The notes: a model not told the origin generated them from the sequence alone. A DNA stretch of 64,000 bases from Chlamydiota bacterium (GCA_048498835.1 JBEHXF010000001.1:1-64000); one strand, 5' to 3'; numbered from the stretch's first letter, positions 29,511 to 39,950 are shown. Program-made: numbers and translations.

Positions 29511-30914
29511 ATGTCTGAGAAGAAGACGTTTGATATCGTTGTCATTGGTTCTGGACCAGCAGGCTATGTGGCCGCCATCAAAGCCGCCCAGTTAGGCAAA
29601 ACAGTCGCCCTCGTAGAAAAAGGCTTATTAGGGGGATGCTGTCTGAACGTCGGCTGTATTCCTACTAAAACTCTCCTAACGAATGCAAGTCTTGTCCATC
29701 AAATGAAGCGAGCCGAAGAATTCGGCATCACCATCGGGCCTATCGCGATCCACTACGAAAAGATGAAAGCGCGAAAAGATCAAGTGATCTCTAAAATCCG
29801 AACCAGTCTTGAAGGCCTTATCAAGAGCAATAAAATCACCATTATCCGCGGCAACGCTCAATTTGAATCCAGGCATGAAGTGAAGGTGATGGGCCAAGAC
29901 AATCTCTATCTAAAGGCAGAGAAATTCATCATCGCAACTGGCTCAATCCCATTCGATATCAAAGCTTTTCCCTGTGACAATGATCGAATCCTCAACTCTA
30001 CCTCCATCCTCGAACTCACCCACATTCCGAAAACGCTCGCTATTGTCGGCGGTGGTTACATCGGCTGTGAATTCGCCACTCTGTTTGCTGAACTCGGAAC
30101 CAAAGTGACCATTCTCGAAGCTCTACCCACTATTTTAGCAGCTCAAGGCACAACTGTATCGCAATTCATGACCAAATCGATGGCGCAGCGCGGAATCGAT
30201 ATCCAAACCAATGTGAAAGTCGAATCGATCGCTAACAAAAAAAGTCACGTTTCTGTCACTCTCGCCGGCGGACAAACACTCGATGCCGATTATGCCCTCG
30301 TCTCGGTCGGAAGAAAAGTCTACACAGAAGGACTGCGCCTTGAAAAAGCAGGCGTTCCAATCCACGAAAAAGGATTCATTGAAACCAATGAGCGGATGGA
30401 AACAGCCGTTCCCGGCATTTACGCAATTGGCGACGTAACGGGCAAATGGATGCTCGCTCACGTCGGTTCACACCAAGGAATCGTCGCAGGAACCAATGCC
30501 GCAGGTTATGATTCGATCATGCATTACGAGTCAGTTCCAGCCGTCGTATTCACCGCCCCTGAAATCGCCACGGTCGGCCTTACCATGGAACAGGCGACAG
30601 CGAAAGGCTACACCCCCATCCAAGGAACCTTTCCCTACATGGCTCTGGGAAAGGCGCAGGCGGCTATGGAAACGGAAGGGTTTACGCAGATCATCGCCGA
30701 CAAAAAAACACACCAAATTTTGGGAGCAATCGTCATTGGCCATGAAGCCTCTAATCTGATCGCTGAAATGGCGCTTGCTATCCAAAACGAACTCACGTTA
30801 GAGTCGGTTCTAGATACGATCCATGCACACCCAACGATTGCCGAAGCGTGGCATGAAGCAGCAGCGATCGCTCTCGACCAACCGATTAACTTTCCGCCAA
30901 AGAAGAAAGCATGA
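29511..30914 (+). CDS. lpdA: Dihydrolipoyl dehydrogenase
   Basis: GSGPAGY, GGCCLNVGCIPTK, GGGYIG, HAHPTIAE. Confidence 0.97.
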   Translation: MSEKKTFDIVVIGSGPAGYVAAIKAAQLGKTVALVEKGLLGGCCLNVGCIPTKTLLTNASLVHQMKRAEEFGITIGPIAIHYEKMKARKDQVISKIRTSLEGLIKSNKITIIRGNAQFESRHEVKVMGQDNLYLKAEKFIIATGSIPFDIKAFPCDNDRILNSTSILELTHIPKTLAIVGGGYIGCEFATLFAELGTKVTILEALPTILAAQGTTVSQFMTKSMAQRGIDIQTNVKVESIANKKSHVSVTLAGGQTLDADYALVSVGRKVYTEGLRLEKAGVPIHEKGFIETNERMETAVPGIYAIGDVTGKWMLAHVGSHQGIVAGTNAAGYDSIMHYESVPAVVFTAPEIATVGLTMEQATAKGYTPIQGTFPYMALGKAQAAMETEGFTQIIADKKTHQILGAIVIGHEASNLIAEMALAIQNELTLESVLDTIHAHPTIAEAWHEAAAIALDQPINFPPKKKA

Positions 30915-31843
30915 GTGAAGCCCCTCGCAAATTAAATCTTCTGCCCAATAACCCGGAAGGAGAAGAAGGAGGCCGATTTCCTTCTTGGCTCCATCGCAAA
31001 CTACCCATGGGTAGTCAGATTTTTAAAACCAACGAGATCGTCGATAAATACCGACTCAATACGGTTTGCGAAGAGGCAAAATGCCCCAATCGACTCGAAT
31101 GCTACACCAAAAAAACAGCCACTTTTCTAGCTCTAGGAAAAACTTGCACACGCAATTGCGGCTTTTGCGACATTGATTTCTCCAAAACTCCCAAAGCTCC
31201 CGAAGCTGACGAGCCAGAGCGAATCGCTCAATCGGTTAAAGAGCTGGGCCTCAAACACGCTGTCATCACGATGGTCGCTCGCGATGATCTGCCCGATCAA
31301 GGGGCAGCACACATGGCCGCTATCGTCCATGCCATCCGCGCCCACAACTCGGAAACAACCATCGAGCTTCTCACCTCCGATTTTTCAGGCGATGTAAATG
31401 CGCTTTACACCGTACTCGCTTCCAAACCAGAAATCTTCAATCACAACATCGAAACGGTCCGCTCCATCAGCCCCCGCGTCCGCCACAAAGCCGAGTATGA
31501 CCGAACTCTCTCCGTTCTCCGAGCGGCGAAAGAATCGGGTCAAGTCATCTTTGTGAAGTCTGGAATCATGGTCGGCTTTGGCGAAACGCCCCAAGAAGTC
31601 GAAGAAACAATCCGCGACCTCAAGCAGGCCGGTTGTGATATCATCACGATCGGGCAATACCTCCAAGCGAGCCGCCCAAAACTTCGCGTCAAAGAGTTTG
31701 TCCATCCCGACCAATTCAAAGCCTACGAAACTTATGGGAAAAACATCGGTGTTCGCTTTATGTATTGTGGCCCCTTTGTCCGATCGAGCTACAACGCGAA
31801 TCTCTTCGCTCCCGGCCTGAAACACACCATCGACTCCGAATAA
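30911..31843 (+). CDS. lipA: Lipoyl synthase
   Basis: CEEAKCPNRLEC, CTRNCGFC, FNHNIETV, VRSSY. Confidence 0.98.
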   Translation: MSEAPRKLNLLPNNPEGEEGGRFPSWLHRKLPMGSQIFKTNEIVDKYRLNTVCEEAKCPNRLECYTKKTATFLALGKTCTRNCGFCDIDFSKTPKAPEADEPERIAQSVKELGLKHAVITMVARDDLPDQGAAHMAAIVHAIRAHNSETTIELLTSDFSGDVNALYTVLASKPEIFNHNIETVRSISPRVRHKAEYDRTLSVLRAAKESGQVIFVKSGIMVGFGETPQEVEETIRDLKQAGCDIITIGQYLQASRPKLRVKEFVHPDQFKAYETYGKNIGVRFMYCGPFVRSSYNANLFAPGLKHTIDSE

Positions 31844-31856
31844 ATGAGTTCATAGA

Positions 31857-31988
31857 AATCACAGAGCTACACAGAGTTGAGATCGAGATCCACAGAGAAA
31901 AAATAAGTTCAGATTACCGTTCGCTTCCTTCTTACCTATCAGATTTTTCCTCTGTGCAACTCTTTTTCCCTCCGCGAACTCTGTGATT
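31857..31988. repeat. Palindromic CACAGAG/CTCTGTG intergenic element, copy 2
   Basis: AATCACAGAGCTACACAGAGTTGAGATCGAGATCCACAGAGAAAA...TTCCTCTGTGCAACTC...GAACTCTGTGATT; arms match copy 1, the central loop differs. Confidence 0.85.
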
Positions 31989-32046
31989 GTTTTTTTCGAT
32001 GCTTCCACTTGCAGAACAATTCGGAGCAAAATATGGTGCCGATTAT

Positions 32047-33318
32047 ATGGCCCGAGCACCGATCCGAGTGGCCACCGTCATTTTAGCCGGTGGACAAGGA
32101 ACACGATTACATCCTCTCACCATCCACCATTCCAAGCCCGCCGTTTGCTATGGAGGTCGCTATCGCTTAATCGATATTCCCATTTCTAACTCGATCAATT
32201 CCGATTTTCGGCAAATTTTCGTCATTGCGCAATACCTCGCAGGGGAATTGCAACAATACATTGGAGAGACTTATCGCTTCGATCCCTTTCATAATGGTTC
32301 CATCGATGTGTTGACCCCTCATGAAAATAGCCAAGGCGAAAAAGAGTGGTTTAAGGGAACTGCGGATGCGGTGAGGAAAAGCCTTACCCAAATTCTCAAA
32401 TCCCCAGCCGATCTTTTCCTCATCCTCTCTGGTGATCAGCTCTATAACATCAACTTTCAATCAATGGTTGATTTTGCCCTAAAATCAAATGCCGATTTGA
32501 CCATCGCCTCAATCCCAGTCCACGGAAAAGAAGCGACGAGGATGGGCCTTTTAAAAGTCGATTCCGAAGGGAAAGTTCTCGACTTTGTGGAAAAGCCTAA
32601 AGAGGCAGAAACTTTACAACGCTTTGCTCTCGATCCACAATTTTTTAAAGATGCCAATATCACCCCACCGAAACACATCTCTTATCTCGGCTCAATGGGA
32701 ATCTATGTTTTCAAACGGGAAGCTCTCATCACTCTTCTGAATCAAGATCAACGAGACGATTTTGGCCACCATCTCATTACAACGGCGGTAAAACAGGGGA
32801 AAACCTATTCCTATATCTATCATGGTTATTGGGAAGACATTGGAACCATCGCTTCTTACTATGAAGCCAATTTAATGCTCACTCGTGCTTCTTGCAACCT
32901 CGATACCTACGATGAGACAAATCCCATCTATGCCCGCCCAAGTTCCCTCCCAGGCCTACGCATTGAAAGCGCAAAAATCACCGCATCGATCATTTGTGAA
33001 GGATCCATTATTGAAGCTGCTGAAATTTCACATTCTGTAATCGGTCTTCGATCCCACATCAAAAAGGGGACGATCATCCGAGATTCGGTCCTCATGGGAA
33101 ATCAAACTTATACCGCTCACACCTCAGATGAATTTAGCATCGGAGAAAATTGTCTCATTGAAAAAGCGATCATCGATGAGCATGTCCGAATCGGTAATCA
33201 CGTCAAACTTACGAACGAAAAAAAACTCGATCGTTTTGAAGGAAATGGCCTCTACATCCGGGATGGGATCATCATCGTGACTGCGGGAACCGTCATCCCC
33301 GACCATTTTGTTTTGTAA
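32047..33318 (+). CDS. glgC: Glucose-1-phosphate adenylyltransferase
   Basis: ILAGGQGTRLHPLT, WFKGTADAVR, LSGDQLY, FVEKP, YWEDIGT. Confidence 0.95.
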   Translation: MARAPIRVATVILAGGQGTRLHPLTIHHSKPAVCYGGRYRLIDIPISNSINSDFRQIFVIAQYLAGELQQYIGETYRFDPFHNGSIDVLTPHENSQGEKEWFKGTADAVRKSLTQILKSPADLFLILSGDQLYNINFQSMVDFALKSNADLTIASIPVHGKEATRMGLLKVDSEGKVLDFVEKPKEAETLQRFALDPQFFKDANITPPKHISYLGSMGIYVFKREALITLLNQDQRDDFGHHLITTAVKQGKTYSYIYHGYWEDIGTIASYYEANLMLTRASCNLDTYDETNPIYARPSSLPGLRIESAKITASIICEGSIIEAAEISHSVIGLRSHIKKGTIIRDSVLMGNQTYTAHTSDEFSIGENCLIEKAIIDEHVRIGNHVKLTNEKKLDRFEGNGLYIRDGIIIVTAGTVIPDHFVL

Positions 33319-33348
33319 AAACCTCTCCAATCTTCTATCATCCATCTC

Positions 33349-34095
33349 ATGCGCATCTGGACCATTGCAGATCTCCATCTCAGTTTTGGCGTAGCAAATA
33401 AAAGCATGGATTATTTTGGCCCAGCTTGGGTTGGCCACGCTGAAAAAATTGCGTCCAATTGGCGCTCCTTAGTCGCCCCTGAAGATCTCGTTCTAATCCC
33501 AGGCGATATTTCCTGGGCTCTCAAACTCGAAGATGCTGTCCCCGATCTTCTCTGGATCCACGATCTCCCAGGCACCAAAGTGATGATCAAAGGAAACCAT
33601 GATTATTGGTGGGGATCCCTCAGCAAAATAGCAAAAGTTCTGCCCCCTTCGATCCATCTGATTCAAAATAATGTATTCAATTGGAGAGAAGCGACAATCG
33701 GAGGCGCTCGTCTTTGGGATACTCCCGAATATTCTTTTGGCTCATTCGTCGAATACAGAGAAAACCCCCGGGAGAAAAAGAAAGAAGAGGCAATTCAAGA
33801 AGATCTGTCTGAAACAATTTTTGAAAGGGAATTGCAAAGACTCGATATGAGTTTAAAACAACTCAGGCCCGATGCGAAGATTCGGCTCGCGATGACCCAT
33901 TATCCACCGATCGGGCCCGATCTTAAGCCTTCTCGCGCATCTGCTATCTTGGAACAATACAACGTCGACATCTGTGTTTTCGGTCATCTTCACAACTTAA
34001 AACCCAGTTACACATTTAACGGGGAATTAAATGGCGTCCGCTACATTCTTGCAGCTTGCGATTATACCCGCTTTCAACTTGTCCCCTTAACCTGA
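33349..34095 (+). CDS. Calcineurin-like metallophosphoesterase
   Basis: ADLH, PGDISW, KGNHD, THYPP, FGHLH. Confidence 0.9.
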   Translation: MRIWTIADLHLSFGVANKSMDYFGPAWVGHAEKIASNWRSLVAPEDLVLIPGDISWALKLEDAVPDLLWIHDLPGTKVMIKGNHDYWWGSLSKIAKVLPPSIHLIQNNVFNWREATIGGARLWDTPEYSFGSFVEYRENPREKKKEEAIQEDLSETIFERELQRLDMSLKQLRPDAKIRLAMTHYPPIGPDLKPSRASAILEQYNVDICVFGHLHNLKPSYTFNGELNGVRYILAACDYTRFQLVPLT

Positions 34096-35049
34096 GACAA
34101 TCTCTAGCAGTTTTTTGATATCTGAATCAGACGGTTTTAGTTCGTGAGTTTTGGGTTTGCGCTGTTTTTTGATCATCAACACAGCCTGCTCCAAATCATC
34201 GCAATCGAGGCGGCGATAATAGTCCGCTGTCATTTCCATCACTTCTTGCAATTCATCTTCATGTCTGACTTGAGGAAGAATTTTTTGCATCGCGATGCGG
34301 AAGGGGTCCATCTCTCCCGATCCAATCAGAAAACGGAGTACATCAAACAAAAAATCGAGACTTGGATTTTTAGCCAGTAACCCCTTCACTTGTCGATTTG
34401 CTTCACCGACATTCGTAAAGCTGATCAAGCGCGCTCGCAGTAATTTAAACCATTCGGTCTCTTCTAAAAAAGGTTCAAATTGTTCGATTAATTCAGAAGC
34501 ATAGCCGGTATTACTCTCATCGAGCAAATCGGAGATGTAGTCATACAGAAAACTCTCCAGATCATGAGCGCAATAATTTGAAAGAGTCGCAAATGCCTTC
34601 TTGGGGTTCATCCCTGCATCGACATGTTCTTCCAATACATCGGCCAAATTCGAGAGTCCATCTTGAATCGGCTCATCGCTTTCCAATTGATCGGTCTCGT
34701 AGAGATCGATCTGGTGGTCTAGTTCATCGCAGAAAACAGAAGGGGAGAGCCGCTCAGGTAAGAACCGTCTCCATAGCTCAAATACAATTAAATAAATCTG
34801 GTCTGCTTCTTTAGAATCAGTCCCTTCAGCGACCAATAGATCCAACAGCTCCTCAGGAGAATCGGTTTCCTCTGCATACTGGATAAAAGAACTTCGATCG
34901 AGAGCAATTCCCTTTTTCGCAAGCCGCTTCCAAAGATCAGCCGGGTCGGCTGTGCGTAAATCCTCAAGCGCCCAACGTTCAGCTTTCACTGAACGATCTT
35001 CACGCGCATTGATCCGAAGAAGATTATAAAGAGCTTTAGTTTCGAGCAT
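34087..35049 (-). CDS. Conserved hypothetical acidic helical protein
   Basis: Long ORF; ALYNLLR and YLIVFELWRR resemble a protein I recall from environmental chlamydiae. Likely start 35049. Confidence 0.7.
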   Translation of the reverse strand: MLETKALYNLLRINAREDRSVKAERWALEDLRTADPADLWKRLAKKGIALDRSSFIQYAEETDSPEELLDLLVAEGTDSKEADQIYLIVFELWRRFLPERLSPSVFCDELDHQIDLYETDQLESDEPIQDGLSNLADVLEEHVDAGMNPKKAFATLSNYCAHDLESFLYDYISDLLDESNTGYASELIEQFEPFLEETEWFKLLRARLISFTNVGEANRQVKGLLAKNPSLDFLFDVLRFLIGSGEMDPFRIAMQKILPQVRHEDELQEVMEMTADYYRRLDCDDLEQAVLMIKKQRKPKTHELKPSDSDIKKLLEIVSG

Positions 35050-35115
35050 AGTCCCAGAGATTTTACAACAAATTTGAATGAAGGTCAATTTCCCAAATAT
35101 GTTAAATTAGTACCC

Positions 35116-35553
35116 ATGAAAAAACGACCGGCCCTGCTTTTAGAAGTTCTCCTTGCCATGACGATTTTGGCCCTCTCAGTAGGAGCGCTCATGCGCCAAC
35201 CAGTCCTTCTCCATCGGGCAGAAGTCTCTCTCCTAGAAAGGATTGAGTGCGATCGGATCGCTGCTTGGACGTATACAGAGATTCGAGAAAAATTTTTAAA
35301 GAACCAAATCCCCTGGTCCCAGATCCCCACTCTTAAAGCCAAAAGCAAGCCCATCTCCCTGCCTGAAGTCAATTTCCAGGTACCTTCTCTCTTCTCCCGT
35401 TCTGTAAAACGGCTTTACACTCTCGAAACTCTCCGAGAAAAACAAGACAAAGAAGGGCAAACGATCCGGCTGGTCACCATTCATATCGAAATTGGCACCG
35501 GAGCTAAAAAGCGGCAGTTTTCCTATCAAGTCAATGTGATAAAACAGACCTAG
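35116..35553 (+). CDS. Type II secretion pseudopilin-like protein
   Basis: MKKRP-ALLLE followed by a hydrophobic helix (prepilin-like, Glu at +5). Confidence 0.7.
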   Translation: MKKRPALLLEVLLAMTILALSVGALMRQPVLLHRAEVSLLERIECDRIAAWTYTEIREKFLKNQIPWSQIPTLKAKSKPISLPEVNFQVPSLFSRSVKRLYTLETLREKQDKEGQTIRLVTIHIEIGTGAKKRQFSYQVNVIKQT

Positions 35554-35601
35554 ACAGATTATTCTTCCTGGGGCATGTAGGGGATAAAAGACCGGAGTCC
35601 C

Positions 35602-37455
35602 ATGTCTCACGATTCCTTCCACCCCCACATCCCTGCAAGTACTCATGTAAAGGAATTTTCACCTCGAGCGACAATCTTAGGGCTGCTCTTCGGGTTCTTT
35701 TTCGCCGTTGCAAATGCCTACCTCGCCCTAAAACTCGGCACCACCGTCTCAGCCTCCATTCCCGCCGCTATTCTTTCCATGGGTCTGCTCAGACTGCTCT
35801 TTCGCAATGCGACCATTCTAGAAAACAACATTGTCCAAACGATCGCTACAGTCGGAGAAGGGCTTGCCGCTGGGGTCATCTTCACCATTCCCGCACTCAT
35901 TCTGTTAGGCGATTCTCCCTCAATCAGCCGCATTTTCCTCCTCTCAGCCACCGGAGGAGTACTCGGCATTCTCCTCATGATCCCGATGCGCCGCTTCATC
36001 ATTGTCCAAGAACATAAAAAACTCCCCTTTCCCGAAGGGACTGCTTGCGCCGAAATCCTCAAAGCAGGGGAGAAGAGTGGCGAGAGTGCGATCATGGGAC
36101 TTTGGGGCCTCATCGCCGGCGCTGTCTACAAAATTTTCTCCAACGCTCTCTTCGCATGGAAAGAGGTTGCAACTTGGAGCTCCTCATTTTTCAAAGCCGA
36201 GTTTTCGATCGATGCTACACCCGCACTTCTCGGAGTTGGATACATCATTGGCCCCCATATCTCAGCCTATATGTTCGCGGGAGGCGTCATTGCTTGGTGG
36301 GTCATCATCCCTCTGATCAGCGTATTTGGCATCGGCCCTGTAATGATCTACCCATCTGAAACGATTATCTCTCAAATGAGTGCAGATGACATCTGGAGCA
36401 ATTATGTCCGCTACATTGGAGCTGGCGCCCTAACTGTTGGCGGCCTCCTCAGCCTAATTAAAATCATTCCTCTTCTTTTCAAAACCATCCATCACAGTGT
36501 AAAAGAACTATTTACTAGCTTTTGGAAACCGAGCCGACAGATCCGAACAGAACACGATATTTCCATGGCCTGGCTTATTTTAGGATCATTGGCCATCATT
36601 CTGTTCCTCTGGCTTTTTCCTGGCTTTCCAATGAACTTTACCACCATCGTCCTACTTGTCATCCTCAGCTTCTTTTTTGTAGCTGTCACTTCCTTCACCG
36701 TCGGCCTTGTCGGTTCAACCTCAAATCCCGTATCCGGGATGACCATTACCACTCTCCTCGTCACCTGCGTGATCTTCGTTCTCCTCGGCTGGACTGAGCG
36801 AATCTACCTCATTTCCGCCATGACAATGGGCTGTGTCGCATGCTGTGCAATTTGCCTTGCTGGAACCACCGCTCAAGACTTGAAAACGGGCTACCTCCTT
36901 GGCGCCACCCCGCGCAAACAGCAGTTGGCGGAGCTTCTTGGGATCCTCATTCCCTCGCTCGCCCTCGGTTATACTCTTTATATTCTCAACCGCGCCTATG
37001 GAATCGGCTCAAGCGTCATGCCAGCCCCTCAAGCTACCCTCCTCTCTATGATCGCCAAAGGCGTCATCAGCGGAGACCTACCCTATATTTTAGTTGGCGT
37101 GGGAGCGATGATCGGCCTTGCCATGGCCCTCCTACGCGTTCCCGTTCTTCCCTTTGCCCTCGGTCTTTATTTGCCCCTATCCCTCAGCGCTGCTACAATG
37201 GTCGGCGGACTCGTGAGAGCCTACGTCAACCACCGCAGTTCTTCGGAGCTCGTGCAAGAACGAGGCACCCTCTTCTCATCGGGTCTTATTGGAGGAGATG
37301 CGTGCATCGGTATTTTTATCGCCTTGTTGACTATCTTGGGTTACATCCCCGTCGACGCTCCCACATGGCTATCCGACTGGGCCAGCCTAGCGACCTATCT
37401 CCTTCTCGCTCTGAGCCTCACCACCTTTACCCTCAAAAAAGGACGTTCTTCCTAA
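35602..37455 (+). CDS. OPT family oligopeptide transporter
   Basis: NAYLALKLG, SASIPAAILS, ENNIVQT, LPFPEGTACAEIL, SNPVSGMTI, QDLKTG, PAPQATL. Confidence 0.93.
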   Translation: MSHDSFHPHIPASTHVKEFSPRATILGLLFGFFFAVANAYLALKLGTTVSASIPAAILSMGLLRLLFRNATILENNIVQTIATVGEGLAAGVIFTIPALILLGDSPSISRIFLLSATGGVLGILLMIPMRRFIIVQEHKKLPFPEGTACAEILKAGEKSGESAIMGLWGLIAGAVYKIFSNALFAWKEVATWSSSFFKAEFSIDATPALLGVGYIIGPHISAYMFAGGVIAWWVIIPLISVFGIGPVMIYPSETIISQMSADDIWSNYVRYIGAGALTVGGLLSLIKIIPLLFKTIHHSVKELFTSFWKPSRQIRTEHDISMAWLILGSLAIILFLWLFPGFPMNFTTIVLLVILSFFFVAVTSFTVGLVGSTSNPVSGMTITTLLVTCVIFVLLGWTERIYLISAMTMGCVACCAICLAGTTAQDLKTGYLLGATPRKQQLAELLGILIPSLALGYTLYILNRAYGIGSSVMPAPQATLLSMIAKGVISGDLPYILVGVGAMIGLAMALLRVPVLPFALGLYLPLSLSAATMVGGLVRAYVNHRSSSELVQERGTLFSSGLIGGDACIGIFIALLTILGYIPVDAPTWLSDWASLATYLLLALSLTTFTLKKGRSS

Positions 37456-38075
37456 TCGAGATCGTGATCGCTCTCGGTCTAGCTGCCGTCCTATTAACAG
37501 TCGTTTTCCAATTTCTCCTCTCCAACGCTCGCTTCGAAGTTGGCCTGGAAAAAGCCCAAGCGACTCTCCGCGAACAAGAACGGCTCCGCGAACGGATCGA
37601 TTCTCTACTCACTTCCATTCAACCGCCTTTGGAAGGCCCCAGTTTCTACACCCTTCAATTCCCCGAAGAAAAACACCTCAGCCTCATCGCTTCTTTTGAC
37701 GCTGGAATCGATCCTGATCCCGCCTATAGCGGTCGCAATACAGCTCGTCTCTTCATCGACCAAGACAACCAATTCTGCATCACCCAATGGCCTTTAGAAA
37801 AAACAAGCCACCGAACAGAAGTACTCCTCCAAGACATCCGCGCCATCGAATGGGAATTTCTAGGCCATAATTACCTCAAAGACCCCCATGCCAAACAAAT
37901 CGCAGGGACTTGGTGCTGGCTGAAAAGTTGGCCGAAAAATCAAACCGGCCTCCCATCGATTGTCCGATTGCACCTTTGGCAAGGCGTTGACAAAAAAAAA
38001 CAAAGAGAGCCCAATTTACAAATTGCGTTTATATTAACCAATCAAGAGCCTCTTAAGATTATTAAGGAATCATGA
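37365..38075 (+). CDS. Type II secretion pseudopilin-like protein (GspJ-like); start uncertain
   Basis: KRT-FFLIEIVIALGLAAVLL prepilin-like motif; FDAGIDPDPAYSG. The nearest in-frame ATG (37365) lies inside the OPT gene. Confidence 0.68.
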   Translation: MAIRLGQPSDLSPSRSEPHHLYPQKRTFFLIEIVIALGLAAVLLTVVFQFLLSNARFEVGLEKAQATLREQERLRERIDSLLTSIQPPLEGPSFYTLQFPEEKHLSLIASFDAGIDPDPAYSGRNTARLFIDQDNQFCITQWPLEKTSHRTEVLLQDIRAIEWEFLGHNYLKDPHAKQIAGTWCWLKSWPKNQTGLPSIVRLHLWQGVDKKKQREPNLQIAFILTNQEPLKIIKES

Positions 38076-38947
38076 ATATCCTGGCCTTTATCCTAGCCAT
38101 TCTCTTGATCCTCTCTTACAGCACGTTTGCGCAATTCCAAAAGCACCTCAGCTCTCGGCGCTCGCAAACAGCCTACATCGGCCTGCGCAAAGCCGAACGG
38201 AGCCTCCTACGACAAAGCGAAGCAAAAACCTTCCGCGACACCCCCGGCACCATCATCAAACCGCTCAAACATAAAGCCGCCACACCAAAAGAAAAAAAAG
38301 CTGCCCGCTACCCAGCCATTAATCCGCCCTGTTGTCGCCTGAATCTCTTCCCCCTCCTCATCGATGGCAAAGAAAATCACCCAGCTCGCTATGAACTGGC
38401 GGCAAAGCTCCTCCGCACCTTCTACCCGGCAGAATTTAAAAAGAAAGGATTTGAATATCACTTACTCGATTCACTCATCGAATCGGGCAAACTCGCCCTA
38501 AAAGAACAAGATACTCTCCCACTCGAAACCATCTCCCTAAACGATCCCGAACTTCAGCCGCTCTACTATCAACTCCTAAAAGGGACCAAACACGCCGATC
38601 TCTTTACCGCCAAAGGAGCTCCACCCCTCATCGACTACTTTAAAATCGACCGCGCCGTCGAACCCATCTGCCTCTTTCACGCCCATCCCCATATGCTCAC
38701 CCCATTCTTCGGCGTCAAACCAACACCAGCTCTCTACCAAAAGCTCCACCAAGAAGTGAAAAGCGGCATCGAGCTCGAAGCCCTCCTCTTTCTCGCCAAC
38801 AACCCGCAGCTCTCCCTCATCGATCCAGCCATCTGGGAACTTCTCGATCTCAAGCGCCCCTCCCACGGTCGCCCCTCCCAAGAAACTCTGATCGCCGAGG
38901 ACAAAACAACCGGCATCTCGATCCGAAAAAACATCACGAAAAGCTAA
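38072..38947 (+). CDS. Membrane-anchored protein of the pseudopilin operon (GspK-like position)
   Basis: N-terminal TM helix, RLNL motif; overlaps the preceding stop. Confidence 0.6.
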   Translation: MNILAFILAILLILSYSTFAQFQKHLSSRRSQTAYIGLRKAERSLLRQSEAKTFRDTPGTIIKPLKHKAATPKEKKAARYPAINPPCCRLNLFPLLIDGKENHPARYELAAKLLRTFYPAEFKKKGFEYHLLDSLIESGKLALKEQDTLPLETISLNDPELQPLYYQLLKGTKHADLFTAKGAPPLIDYFKIDRAVEPICLFHAHPHMLTPFFGVKPTPALYQKLHQEVKSGIELEALLFLANNPQLSLIDPAIWELLDLKRPSHGRPSQETLIAEDKTTGISIRKNITKS

Positions 38948-39950
38948 CGTCATTGACTTGACGATAGACCTGCTCTGCAGTCGGCCTATCTTTGGGATTA
39001 TTTTGAACTAAAGAGATAATCAATCGGCTCTCATCCGATTGACTCGCATAACAATCAGACCACAACTCAGACATTTTCCCACCTAGTAATTCGTATGCAC
39101 ATGGAGGTTGTTTCTCATAAAAAAGAAAATAGAGAAAATAGCCCGCTCTAAATAGATCGACTTTAGGAGTCATTTGCTCTTTGAGCTTATCGTCGATTTT
39201 AAAATCTTCATCGCTTTTTCTATAATGATCGCCAGCTTCTCGGTAGACAGCTAACCATTCAGGAACCGCGACTTCCCAATACATATCTTCTGTCCAAATC
39301 TCGTCCAGATGGCACGCCATCTCAAAATCGATCACCTTTAACGATCCACTCTCATCAAAAACCAGATTCCTCGTATGTAAGTCGCGATGAATGACCCCCG
39401 CATCACCCAGCTCTTTTATAATTCCCAAAAGTTGTCGAGCGACATCCCATTTTTTTGCCCGTTCCATCGAGATTTGATCTTCAACTGTACCTCTCCTTGC
39501 CCACTCTTCAACGAGGTAACATTTCTTGTCTGTCTCCAGATAAAACGCCATTTGGATCACGCCCTTTACACCAGTTAAACGAGTCAATTGATCCCGTTCA
39601 TTTCGGATTCGCTGGGTCACATCAGCCTCTTCTTTTGAACAAGAAACTAGCGCAAAACGCTTCCCATCGTCTAAATCAATGGCAAACTTCACCTTTCGAT
39701 GAATCCCTTGTCCAATCTTCACATCTCGTTTGTCTTTCAAATTTGTGATTGCAAATTGCCGTTTTTTTCCATCTACACCCTTGCCCACCAAAACCGATCG
39801 GAAAAGATCTTCCGTTTTGCGGCTAATTTTGGTTCCCTTTTCCCAATCGTTTACACGATGGGCTGCTGAAATCATTTTCTCAATCTCCGCTTCGGAAACA
39901 ATTCCGACAACGCAATTCACAAAAGAATGCTTAATTGGCGCAATACTCAT
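38934..39950 (-). CDS. Eukaryote-like Ser/Thr protein kinase (atypical)
   Basis: IGQGIHRKV, E in helix C, HRDLHTRN, KVIDFE, VPE, KVDLF, PKDRPTA. Confidence 0.82.
   Translation of the reverse strand: MSIAPIKHSFVNCVVGIVSEAEIEKMISAAHRVNDWEKGTKISRKTEDLFRSVLVGKGVDGKKRQFAITNLKDKRDVKIGQGIHRKVKFAIDLDDGKRFALVSCSKEEADVTQRIRNERDQLTRLTGVKGVIQMAFYLETDKKCYLVEEWARRGTVEDQISMERAKKWDVARQLLGIIKELGDAGVIHRDLHTRNLVFDESGSLKVIDFEMACHLDEIWTEDMYWEVAVPEWLAVYREAGDHYRKSDEDFKIDDKLKEQMTPKVDLFRAGYFLYFLFYEKQPPCAYELLGGKMSELWSDCYASQSDESRLIISLVQNNPKDRPTAEQVYRQVNDVSFS

Noticed and set aside
36840..37364. 411-aa ORF overlapping OPT as a true dual-coding gene
   Set aside because: The N-terminal 175 aa are Arg/Pro/Ser-rich alternate-frame sequence; only the part from the pilin motif onward looks like a protein.
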